DNA from: Phoronis australis
Lineage: Eukaryota; Animalia; Phoronida
Length of the DNA stretch: 64,000 nucleotides
Direction: 5' to 3'
Assembly (NCBI GenBank): GCA_002633005.1
Contig: NMRA01000319.1
Location: 413,546 to 477,545 of the forward strand
The notes beneath the pieces were generated by a model. It searched no databases, was not told the DNA's origin, and was given only the letters and a program-made list of their open reading frames with translations. A program made the position numbers and the translations under genes. Below, piece after piece: positions 1 through 12,327 of this stretch. Each line of letters begins with the position of its first letter. The stretch's first letter is position 1.

Positions 1-133
1 TCCTGGGCTTATAAGACTTTGGGTCTGTTGTGAAGCATGAATTATGTTCATTTGATATTTGTGACAGCCTCTTATAGAGGTCAAGTCCTTGTTGTATAAG
101 AACATCTTCCAATGTCATGATGTTCTTGTGCAG

Positions 134-255
134 GGTTCTCCACTCTGGAAAATTCCAACAGGAATTAAAAACTGGCGAAAGTTTTGAAAATCTAAGTCGA
201 TATTCATCTTCAAATATTAACGTCGAACATGCACCTGAATTTAATACAATTGAAG
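134..255 (+). CDS. Candidate upstream internal exon of srGAP (VLHSGKFQQE...APEFNTIE)
   Basis: ttcttgtgcag| acceptor, open frame, GAAG|gtagta donor in phase 1; joining to 41311 would give ...PEFNTIE-D-IRQQL; donor is weak. Confidence 0.35.
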
Positions 256-593
256 GTAGTACCATAATTCTTCATTTATGTAGTACACAGTTTGGTTGGC
301 AGGTGAAATGTTATTTAATTTGTTAAGTTTCTCTACAAAATATAAAGAAAGTTTTACTCAATTACTAGCAGGGTTTGTGCTGTGTAGTTGCTGTAAAACA
401 TCTTCGGTAGATTTTCCATGATTTGTAGTAAAGCAATCAATCTTTGAAAAATGGAGAATGACGATTTTGGTGATTATTTTATGCAAAACAAGTGAAGACT
501 TTGCATGCAAAGCCTGGGTAACAGTACACTGAAGTGCCAAAACACTCAAAATGTTTTAATTGGAGGATGAAATGATTAACCTCATCAGTTCTA

Positions 594-1104
594 TAGGGCT
601 TGGAATTTTCTGCGGAAACGCGAATTTCCGCTTTTTTCAAATGTTCTTTCCGCGCATTTTATTATATTTCCGCGTTAAAAAAATCGGATTTGATATAAAA
701 TTTCCGCGGCAAATTCCTTTCTTACCGCGGCGTTGCAGACGACGTTCACCTCGAAAAGCGGAAGTTGCTCTTTATGTTTCGGAGGAACGTAAATTGTCAA
801 CATTGCCGGGGCATCTGGGATAGCGTGGTGGGATTTTCAATGGCGTCTCGTGTTATTGTAAACCGCGGCGACAAATACTACGGCTCTGCAGCCAAAAGTG
901 TGTGGATTGGGAGTGGACAAGCGACCTAAAAGGACGCAGACGCATGCTACTGATGGTGGTAACGTTTTTTTTTTAAATTTTTTTTTTAGTCCTCCCGATT
1001 TTTGTCGGGGAAAGATTCACATCGACCATTTCAAGGCTGGGTAGCACGCGTGATTTGGGCGTAAAAGTTTCCGCGTTTTTTGTCATTGGTCATTCCAAGC
1101 CCTG
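594..1104. mobile_element. MITE-like TIR element (hAT-like ends)
   Basis: tagggcttggaat...attccaagccctg termini, CpG-rich interior, flanked by the direct repeat gttcta. Confidence 0.6.
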
Positions 1105-2286
1105 GTTCTAACTCAGCGGCATTGTTTTTCAAACTCAATGCCAGTGTGCCTGACCTACCATGGCAAAATCCCAACTCTTCACTTGAGTTGTAGAGAACCC
1201 CTACAGAGTGTCGCCATGGTGCACTTTTCAGGCCAAAGAGTGTAATCCAGCCTTAGTAGTTGTTTATGGATGAGAAGGCTTTTGTATACAAAATCTTGAA
1301 ATTCTCCTGAGTGGTTGTGAGTTTTGGAGTGTCTGCCTGGAATATTTGTGCTTTGTTTGTCTGAGCATTTGATATGAAACTTAAAATATATTTAAGAGCC
1401 CAAGTTTCCCCTTCGTTGTTTGTACTTGACGTGATATACGTATATAAGTTCTTTTTGTTGGCCTTTGGTATTCTCTTTGCCTGTTCTATATTTTATCGTT
1501 TTGGAAACAAGTTTCAACATTTGCGTTGGATGCTTCTTGTCACAAGTATTGCAACGTTTTATAGTGCAATATGGCGGACAAGTGAAATAAAACTTCATAT
1601 TTTTTTACAAAAGATTATGTAGCACCAAATGAACTTCTTCCCATATTCAGCTCTAAAACCATAGCTACCAATGGATTATATTTTGGTAGATTGTGAACAT
1701 TCACAATTTTGAAACCCTTTGAAAAAGGAAGAAAGAAAAATTTCGGCAATTATTTGGTGAGGTATTACCAACCACTTGTCTGGTTTAATGCTCGTACTAA
1801 GCTTGATGTCCAGGCCCAAAATTTCCAAGTTTTCGCTTTTTGTTGCATACGCTTGGCTTGCTCAGCCCCTTCCAATTTATATAACTTAACGTTCCTAAGA
1901 GGTGTCTATATCTTTTTCAATGCCCCTCTCATCCGAATTTTTTCTCCCGAAAAGTACGCTGCTGGCTAACCTTAGTCTAACAATCAGTGAGCTTCAGCAG
2001 AACTTTGTCTTGTTCGGGCAGGAAACTTCTCTCCAGCTCTTTACAGAAGGAGACATGAAGTTCTTCTTGCTCAAGCACATTCTACTATTATCGTATCCAA
2101 TAAACTATGTAATTTATCTCGATCATGCTCGTCTGCTAAAAAGGTGAAAGCATCCATGCAAGTAATGCCACTTCATTACATTCGCATAAAGTTTGTATCT
2201 ACTAACTTCTCTTTTTTAAGCGTCTCTATTGGCAGCTCGGCTTACCTCCCACACCCTGATTATTGAGTTCCCAATTTAAACACCTG

Positions 2287-2679
2287 GGCCCAGTCGCTAA
2301 TCTTTGTACTCGAAACGAACTCGAAACTATTTTTGGCAATTTCTCTGCTCCTTTTGTGCGATAATTGGTTATCAGACTGTGCTCGAATACATTATAGTTT
2401 ATGCATAGGAGTTTCTAGTTCAAGTTTGCCCTTGAAGACCCTTATATTTGTGCTATAAACTCGAGTAAAAACTCGAAATTTCGAGTTCAAACTCGAACTT
2501 ATTGCTTTAATATTAGGTTTACAAACTGTGAACTAAGGGCAATAAATCATCTACGTAAGTTATTGTGTACTCGAGCATAGAATAATAGACACTTATCTTG
2601 ATTTCGCCCAAAAGTAGTGTAGAAAATGCCAAACCTAATTTCGAGTTCCATTTCGAGTATAAAGATTGGAGACTGGGCC
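2287..2679. mobile_element. PIF/Harbinger-like MITE, copy 1
   Basis: ~40-bp TIRs ggcccagtc.ctaatcttt.tactcgaaa; flanks CTG/CAG; near-identical inverted copy at 7930-8330. Confidence 0.85.
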
Positions 2680-5600
2680 CAGGTGAAAACGATATTTGCA
2701 TTTCTTTTTGACTACGTTGATTTGGCTTAATTGGTGTTCTGATGTAAATTGCCAGCATGCATTCTCTATCTACTTTATACCGCTGAAGCATAGGAGGGCA
2801 AAGGGATATTGGAGGTAATACATCAGTGGTCAGGTTTTGCCATCTGTTGGTGGCACAAGGGAGTTCATTGCCTCTGACCACAGTCACTGAGCACTCACAG
2901 GGGAAATTAAGATGCCCCAGGGATAAATCACTGTATTGTTAGGTGAAACGGCTATGAGTCTGCATTCTGTCCAAAAATAACTTTTTAAAGACATCTTATT
3001 AAATGTATGAAATTGATCTTAGTACTTTAATTGAAATATATTTCTAAGTTGGAGAAGAACTTGAGAACATGCTCAGACATAAATATGATCCTCTGGAACA
3101 TGCCCTAGTGTAAAATGACCATCTGGCAGGGCTAGAACTTAAAATGTTAACTTCAAGAGCATATTCCTGTTTCTATTTTTGTTTGTTTAGGAAAACCAAT
3201 ATGTGAAGAGCGTTTTACATGGTGTTTAAAACAATGAACAAATCGGTCTGGGTGTTTCTATACTTTGTGTTCCAGAGACTACAAACAAAATGGCGAATTT
3301 TATTCCTTAAGTATAATTTTTAGCGTGATGTCATGCTCTAATTAACTGTCAAATCGTCACTAGCCCAATAATTACTCGTAATGTAGTTAAGGAACAAATT
3401 GAGACCAATCTTGTAATGGTAACTGGACTCACAGTCTGACACGTTTCACTGGCGCTACACACTAGCAAGTAGAGCTGGTGATATAATGTGCTGCTCTTGT
3501 TGTCCCCAGCCCAGCTTTGACAGAATTTACTAGGAGCTATTGGAGAGTGGCAATACTATGATTGTTACGTTTTATGTCAACGTAAAACTGATAGCATGAT
3601 ATTCAATATGTAACTCGCAGCTCAGAGCGGGTACTCTTCTCTTCTAGATTGTTATCCCAGTAGTCCAGTTGGTGCTTCCTGTTGTAGTGGGTGGGGTACC
3701 AAGTGGTTGAATGTAGCCCTGTAATACTGATGCTGCTGATTCGATACCGATACAATGAATACTATCAGTTCACTAGCACTAACAATATAACAAGCACTAA
3801 TAAATTCTACATCCTACTTGCGAGGAGTTAAAATGCCGTTGAAAAATCTTACCAAATTAGGAAATAACATGGTCCACAAGTGATTTTTTCTTCAGTTTTT
3901 GCTAATGAGAAGTAGCACTCAATAAAGTGCTTTCTTATCTTCCAAGTTCTATGCGATAGTTAACACCAGACAGTGTTTTGAGCTATTGTGGGGTCTCACA
4001 ACCCTGTTAAGGTGCTTTCCCATTAGATGCGAAACTTTGTTTTTATCGAAGTTTCGTTAGGTGGGAAAGGTTGACTCCAGTAGTTAGAAAATGGTTCGAA
4101 CTTTGTGCACTTGAGTGATGGCCGTACATTTGATATTAATCGACCAACTGTCACTTGTGTATGTTTTGAATTGAACTTGTTGTTGTCCCAGGGCCTGGAG
4201 CTTACACTGTTCTTAACAGAGACTTGCTTGATTGGTACAGGGTCATTGGCTGAATTAATGAGTGAATAACTAATGACTTAATAACCATTGTGTTGGCAGA
4301 GGTAGGTGCTGATCTGGTCTCAAATTTTCTAACACTGGTGACAGTATACCACGTAGATCCATTTGGAAGTGAGCGCGATTATCGCACTAGGATCGTTTCT
4401 GTGTTGTAACTTGTAAGTCATAAGTTACCTCTGTGTGTAGCTAAGCAATGTCCAGACTATGGTTGAATATGTGGGGTTTGTGTAGAGAATAGACCAGATA
4501 TTTCTCTCCGAGGTCATTGACCTATTGTTAGTGATGTGGTAACAAGTCAATGGACCGGCACTTTCTTTTGAGATGGTCCCCCTTGAGGCAACCACGTTCA
4601 TCAACATGAATTGATGAAAAAGGCCAATTCCGTATAATTTTTCTCATGAAATATTCAGGACGTATGTTTTAGTATTGTGTTGTTACACTGATTATCAAGC
4701 TGTGTAGTATATGGACAGCAGTGTGCGAGGCTTTTGAAACTTGTAAAGTGACTATTTTTGCCAATGCACAATCGGGGGTGTTGTTAATTTTTTACTGCTC
4801 TTGTGAGTTATTTTCGAAGCCGAAAGTATAGTGTCCTGTTAATTTTCCCTTGCATCAACACTTCCCTACAATGGGAGCTCTTAACTTCTATACCACTGAA
4901 GTTATCAGCAGGGGTCTCTGTGTTTGCCAACAGCAGGCGGTGACTGGTTAATACTTAATGGTTTGTTTTAGTATTTATTATTTCGGCAGTAAACATTCTG
5001 CTTCAATTCATCTGTGTATTTGCTGGATTCTTTACCAAAAATTGCTGGATGTACGCAAAGCCAATTCCTGTCATGCTGTATTTGTTCAGATCAGCTGATA
5101 CTCTGTAGCCGCATTTACACAGGAGACGATTGTCACGGAGCGACTAAAACGGAACCGCTGATCTGGCATAAGTATGTGTGCGTAAACATGACTGACACGG
5201 AGCACGTTGACACCATTGTGATAGGTAGAGCAAGTTGCACTCAACCAGTTGCTTCAGTTTTGACTACATGTCTAAACACAAANGATCCAATTTGCTATCT
5301 GATGTCATATGAATATGACTGTGAGGTGGAGAAAATTGTGCTGTGACAAATCACACCCTGACATCTGTTCCCTGTGTAAAAACAGGTCTTGGAATAACTC
5401 AACTGAATTCATTAATAACTACAAAGCTGATGGGAAGGGGGTAATGATTAACTTTGTGGTTAACTAATGTATGGACTAGTGGCTGGAGTTAACTGTATGG
5501 GAATAGGCCTTTTGAGAGTCATTCTTATCTGCCTTCAAAGCAGACTTGTCTGATAGCTGTGAATACCTTCTATTGTTACTGCCTTTGTGGCCTTGTGGTT

Positions 5601-7929
5601 AAGGGTCAAAGGTCGGGGTGTCTATTTCCTGGTCTAGCTCATTTGAGCATCAGCTGACATCCAATAGTCAGCTCAGGACAGAAGTTGTATTCAGTGGAAT
5701 TTGTTAACTGAACTTGCTCATTGTGATACATTTAGCCCCTGAAGCAAGCATTGATCACCAGTCCGGCCTAATTACTCCTATCGTTAAAGGTTAACAACCT
5801 GATTTAGATGTTTTTTGAAGGCGGAACTGTACTTGACTCGATTCAAGGAGCAAAAACATAAGCATTCATTTCCCACATGTTGGAGTCCACTTTCTTGTTT
5901 TGCAAAGGTAGAGGAACGCATCACATTGTTGACTTAGTTTTCTAAATATAGGACCTTCCTTACTTCTGATCAGATAGGCACAAGTGAAGAGTGATTGATA
6001 CACCTCTCTCAGCTTTCTCAAAACTATAGATTTTAGTTCGAAAATAATTTTCTGAAAGCTCGGAGTCTGTAGAATTAGATTTGGACTTTTTACCGATCAG
6101 CTATTAATCGTGTCGTGTTACCACGTCTTTTTAGTAACATTTAGAGAAGCAAATGTACACTCCTAGCAAAAAAGGTATCAATAACGTGATAAATTTTCAT
6201 TTGATTTTACAGATGTTTTAGATGAGATCTCAAAGACCCTGTCAAGGTTTTCTAAAATGTCACTTCGTTTTCATTTTATGGATCATGAGTTTTCTCATGC
6301 AAATCATGAAAGCCCTGTTTTTGATAGCCACCCATGCAGAAGTGGATCATTTTAACAATTCCTGTCGACCATTTCTGAGCTATGAGGTTCAGAATTAAGC
6401 CAAATTTGGGCATCTCTCTAGGGTCGTACGTAACCTTAATGTGCTTTCATGAAACAAACCTATATCGTAAGATCATTTCTGTTAAAAATTTTAAGTTGCT
6501 GTTAGTGAAGCATGTCCAATGGAGGGAGGGGGTTGGGTATATCTCGTGGAGGATTTGGTCAATTTGGATATATCCTTGCCACATTCCACTTGCTATTATG
6601 CCCTCTACACAGCAAGTCTTTTGTCCTGAGGCTGGCACTATGACTCCAATGGACAATACCATTCCTTGATGAGGAAGTTTTTTCCTGCATATGTTGGGTT
6701 TCTGTTCTTCAATGGGTAATGCTATTTCTGTTATTCATATAAGCTTATCTTTCGAAATGAATCACGGCAGCTATTGAAATCAAAATTAGTTAGTTATGTA
6801 ACAATGTATTCATTTGGGCGTACCGAAACTGGTGATTTTCTTCAGAATTTTTCTGAAATTGGAGCATTTCCGCACATTAATTTAAGTTCCTAATGACCAT
6901 TTGTTCTCATGTATTTCAAAGTCAAAGGGTCGAAGCCTAGAATTCTAAGTAAAATGTTAACACTTTCAATGCGATAACAGAAGTATCAACTACATTCACA
7001 GGTTGCTGTGACTGTCAGTGGAATGAAGACATTTATGAAACCATGTGTTTCATTCACCTGCCCTTCATAAATATCTGCAGATGGGTTTCAACATTTTGTT
7101 ATGTAACGAGTTTATCACATTATTGACTGGTATGACCTCACCTGATTGCAATTTCGCCCTATCTTCTGCAGATAGAGAGATATGTTCTGAGCTGTCTGCC
7201 TCAGGTGAATGATAACTGAGCTGAGACCTCATTTTGCCACATTTTCTTGTCTAGGCTGTGAGCTGTCTGCTCAGCTATCAGTCACTTGAAGCAGCTCAGC
7301 TCAGTAGCCTACTGAGCGGAGCTGCCTCAAGACAGACAGTAGCTCTCCATGGGTGTCTGCAAGATTCAGCTAACTTCGCAGTTTATTTCAATGCTCCTCT
7401 GTTTGCAGGGTACTGGAGTTAAATTGATATTGAAAGGCCGATACATATTGTTAATTTACATGTTTATCGAGCAACATTCGGGTTCAAAGGCAAATGGAAA
7501 TTCTCCACTTGTTTCGCACAAAAATAACTGCCGCAGTGGATGTTTTCCCATTTTTGGTGGCTGGTTTCCTTTTTGCAAATAATGAAAACTTTAGCAGGTC
7601 TTGTTTTATGTCATCATCTGCACATAGTAAAACATGCTAGTAATAGACAAATCTTTCTGATGTGGAGAAATTTAACAAAAATAAATTTTCACTGTCGGTG
7701 TTTAATTAGCGAAGACTTATGATACTCTTATTCTTTAAAAGGTTGGCGTGGAAGTTGATGTGTTTATTTATTTAATTTATTGTAATAATTAAAATGAGGG
7801 TGACCTCTTCAGTGATAGCACTGGTTTCCAAGAGGGTCCTGGTTTTGTTTCCAAATTCAAAAGTATGGAGTTTCCACTGGCCCCAAGCGGTTAGTTTACT
7901 GTGATGTGGCGAACATTGAACAACACCAG

Positions 7930-8330
7930 GGCCCGGTCTCCAATCTTTTTACTCGAAATGGAACTCGAAATTAGGTTTGGCATTTTCTACTCTACTTTTG
8001 GGCGAACTCAACATAAGTGTCTATTATTCTATGCTCGAGTACACAATAACTTACGTAGATAATTTATTGTCCTTAGTTCACAGTTTGTAAACCCAATATT
8101 AAAGCAATAAGTTCAAGTTTGAACTCGAAATTTTGAGTTTTTACTTGAGTTTGTAGCACGAATATCAGGGTCTTCAAAGGCAAACTTGAACTAGAAACTC
8201 CTATGCATAAACTATAATGTATTCGAGCACAGTCTGATAACCAATTATCTCAAGTTCGCACAAAAGGAGCAGAGAAATTGCCAAAAATAGTTTCAAGTTC
8301 GTTTCGAGTACAAAGATTAGAGACCGGGCC
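7930..8330. mobile_element. PIF/Harbinger-like MITE, copy 2 (opposite orientation)
   Basis: Same TIRs, perfect CAG 3-bp TSD (7927-7929 and 8331-8333). Confidence 0.88.
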
Positions 8331-11300
8331 CAGGTCAGATTTCCAAGCAAGTACTGTATACAATGGCTCTTACACTGCCTTCAAGCCTCCTGGGCCATCT
8401 ACTTGTAAATCATTGTAGGCCTAAACCCTGTCTAGTGTTTTGATTGTCATGAGGATTTTTGTTAGTACAAAAGTCAAATCAGACCATGGTGATAGGTGCT
8501 ATGAGATTATTTTTCGAAATCTAGTACAATTTGTCATTAAAGTCATCATCTCGGTCTGAACACTTTAAAAGTGGTTTTAAAAGTTGTAGCTGTAGCGTAG
8601 TTATAGCCCTCTATGAGGGTACTAGTAGTTCAGTGCAAGGTTATTGTCATTGTAACTGGATGTGAACAGGGGCAGTTGCAAATGTTATATCTCAATAGTT
8701 GAGGCTTCTGTAAAATCTTTTGAGAAACAATGGCGCACAGAGGTGAATCCAAAAGTATTAGCCCTGGTGGCTGGGCACTAAAGCCAGTTTTGTCTGTGGG
8801 TTTAAATGGTAACCATTATTACATAAGAGTTACAACTATGGAAATAGTTATGACCAGGTTTAGTTGGTCTGAACACTGGTTATGTCAAATCTCTTGCCAA
8901 TCAGTGCATGCTACTGTTAACTTTAGGTGAATGGTGTTAATGGATCCCATATAACATATTAATGAACAATACTCTGTACTGAGGTGAACCATGAAAGATT
9001 TTACTGTAGGTGTTTGCAGCAATAGCACTCTCAAAGTAGCATCCATCTTTTAAGAAATAAAATAATCTTGGAATGTGCTGACAGTGGTCATTTGTCCTTT
9101 GGGAGTTCTCTTATTTTGCACAAAACTTATGCCTAGAACTGTCATTTTGCTGGTTTTCAGTGGCCGACGACCTTGCTACGATAAGCAAGATTCGTTTCAT
9201 GACACTAGTATGGTACAGACAATTCAATTAACACCTCGAGAAAATGCTAGATCCTGATTGTATGCCATAGGCGCAAAATTACCATACATAGTTGGTCTTG
9301 CATCATAAATCCATGTACTTGACAATCAATCATGAATGGACTCCGATTTTCGTCAGTGACGGAAATTAATGGAATTTACAGAATCCGACTTCTTTCATAG
9401 AACTAGATTAGAGATTTCCTACGGAATTCACATATGTCAGCAGGATTTTCCATAATTCTTATATGTCTTTTTAGGTTTTTAGTTTCCAAATATTAAGAAT
9501 ACGATCTATCAAATTCCATGATTGTGGCTACGTTTTGCTGCAGACGTGTTCTAGTAGTTGTTCATTCTTTCTGAAGGTGGCACTGTTGTTTTGCCGACTT
9601 AGAGAAACAGTAAACAAAAAGTGTAGTAAGCTATAATTAGAAAAATGGATATTTGGCACAATTCAGTGGAAAAATAAAATCATTTTTTCTTAGTTAATGC
9701 TTTCAGATAGTATAACTGAATTTTCTAATTTATGAAATGGGATTTGACGTCTGTTAAGGGACATTTCTCTGTTTCTGAAACGAAAGATCAGGGTCTATAT
9801 TCATATGGCAGGGCCCTCACTCACCTGAGGGAAAAGGTGCCTGTACCATCTAAAAGGGGAAGTTTTGCAGCGTGCTTTACCAAGAGGGAAATTTTTGCAT
9901 CATTTTTTCACTTACATGGTATTTTTTGATGTTTTCTTACTGCACTGCTTTTTATGACTATATTCATTTATGCTTTAACAAATAACCGTATATCAACTTT
10001 AAGTTAAGCACTAAAAAGTACTATAAAGTATTAGTCACTGTTCTTCTGACTGTTGTTGACCATGCTGATGAGGTAGCAGGTCAAGTGTCGTCTGCTTGTC
10101 GCCGTTTTTGAGTGGAGTGCACAGCAAGTTCACTGGTGAAAAGACACTTTCCCCGTACGTTTCTGCACTCAACCGCGTGGTTTTTCATAATTCTCCTTTT
10201 GTAGAACTTGTTTGAGTGCCTTTTACAGCCGCAGAAACACGAAAGTTTTTAGTTTTGTGTTTTCAAAACGTGAGAGTGAAATAACACAAAAACTTTTCTA
10301 ACACTTCCATATGCGGCACTTGTTTTATCAGGAAACCAGTTTGTGACCGTTTCCAGTGTCTCTCAGTCTTGTGACTATAGTCAGTGGGTTCCAATATGAT
10401 ATTTTTTTAGGCTGTCTGAGGTAAAAACCATGAGGGTAAGTTTTTATTGATCAAAGGGGAATTTTTGTACCACATGTGGGGAATTCCTCATGATTTTTGA
10501 ATATTTTTAGAGGGGAATGAGGCGGGATAGAATGTGGCCAATATTCTTCCCCAATTTCAAGTGATCAAGAGCTCTGTATGGAGATGGCCGACTCACTGGT
10601 TCAGGTTGTACCCATAATGCAGTTCTGCTACACTTCCTGTAACCAGAGCTCATTCAGTTGGAACTGGGGTCGCCTGCTGTCTGTCCTATTTGTTTTCTTT
10701 TGATTTGGTTTACTAGAAGATGAAGGTGATTAAATTGCACAAACATTGCTGTCTTGCCACGTTTACTGTTTTGTCTGGTTGAGCATGATAAATTGAAATT
10801 GGAACTCCTTGTTGCATGGCTGAGTTGGAAAATTTTTACTCACCTGAACGTGTATTCCTCCCTGTGTTCCACACCTCTTCCTGAATTCTACCAAACAGTT
10901 TACTGTTGCTAAAAATGGTTTGTGTATTTGACCTTTTTGTTGTTTACCTCTCCCTATAATACACCTTGTGTATATCTCAAATTTATTCCAATGCCAATTT
11001 ATCATGTATACTGACCTGGTGGATGATGAATTTAACTTCATCAAAACGTTGGACTCTGGATATAGCAATTGTGCTAGGGTTTCTACTGCTTATTTGGCCT
11101 AAAACCAACATCGGCAAAAGAATTGCTGAAGGTATCATTTTCCATTTTTTAAAGGCCAGATTGCTTTGCCAAAACTAATGTAAACTTTATCAAGTACTGT
11201 TTCAATCATGACGCCTGCACATAACAAACATTGCTAGTACGGTAATAGAATAATCTTTACTTTGTTTTTAATTTTGTGGAGAATTTTGACAGAACATGTG

Positions 11301-12296
11301 TGCACCCAGCCTAAAAAATGGGGGCTCGAATTTTTACTAAGATTCACGGGGTAGGTTCAGAGCTAGTAATCGTGCATTTGCCGAATTTTAGTAGTTGCTG
11401 CCTTTTTAGTGGACTTTTGTCAATTGAGGGGCCGCATTCGAGCTCCTCGAGCCTCCCGTGGGTGCTGGCATTCAGAACAGTTTCATTTGTTGATCATGCT
11501 GTGTGCTAAAAACATGATGAGTTATCATACCTTGTTCGTCCCAAAGCGGTTATAACTAAGAACGATTTTAATGGTTATAACTCTTTATCTTAGAAGCTAT
11601 AACCCGGTTATAAAAGTTGTAACTGATACACTATGTCAACCCTTTGGTGAAATAGCGACAGGTTATAACCGTTGTAAGCCTGTGTTAACGCAGCAGTTGC
11701 AAAAGTTCCATAGGTGGCGCTGCTATTAAATCTCAATGGCACGCCGAGTCTACACTAACTGTTCATTGAATTGAAAAGAGATAGAACTGACGACTAGCGA
11801 CTAAAATCACAAACTAGAGATCCCCAACAGTTTTAACCATCCCTGAGAAAGGTGACGATTACGTACGGTAGCAGTATACCAAAGAAAGATAATAACTAGG
11901 TTCGGTTTGTCTGAACGCTGCTTGTGTCCCCTCAGGAATATTGCATACATGATTAATTCAGGGCTATATAGTGGACAGAAATGTACACTGGAATTTGTCT
12001 CGGATAACCAGTGATTTATATTTTTAGTTGCACCAACAGCCAAAAATGCTGCTTATCACCTTTGACCTTTGATCTTTAACCTGTGCCAGATGAGGTGTGC
12101 CTCACCACGTTGTGCTGATGTAACCTGGCGCTTACCTAAGTCTTCCCAGGTGCTCCCCACTTACCAATCAGTACATATGTTTATACCAGAGCAGTAGGAG
12201 ATGTTGCCCTGTTTGGCCGTGCCTGTCTGTAAGCTGTTAGTTGGATAATCCTCCCTGGCTGGAGAGAGCAAGTTCTCCTCATATTGTCAGTCCAAA

Positions 12297-12327
12297 ATGG
12301 CCGATGGACATCGCAGTCGAATCCAGT
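12297..12327 (+). CDS. Candidate alternative first coding exon of srGAP (MADGHRSRIQ)
   Basis: caaaATGg start context, T|gtaaga donor in phase 1, compatible with exon 41311. Confidence 0.45.

Noticed and set aside
9809-10576. Possible hAT-like element (cagggccctc...gagctctg)
   Set aside because: TIR match is too degenerate and there is no clean 8-bp TSD
11545-11680. Cluster of ggttataac palindromic motifs
   Set aside because: Probably subterminal repeats of a decayed DNA transposon; boundaries could not be defined
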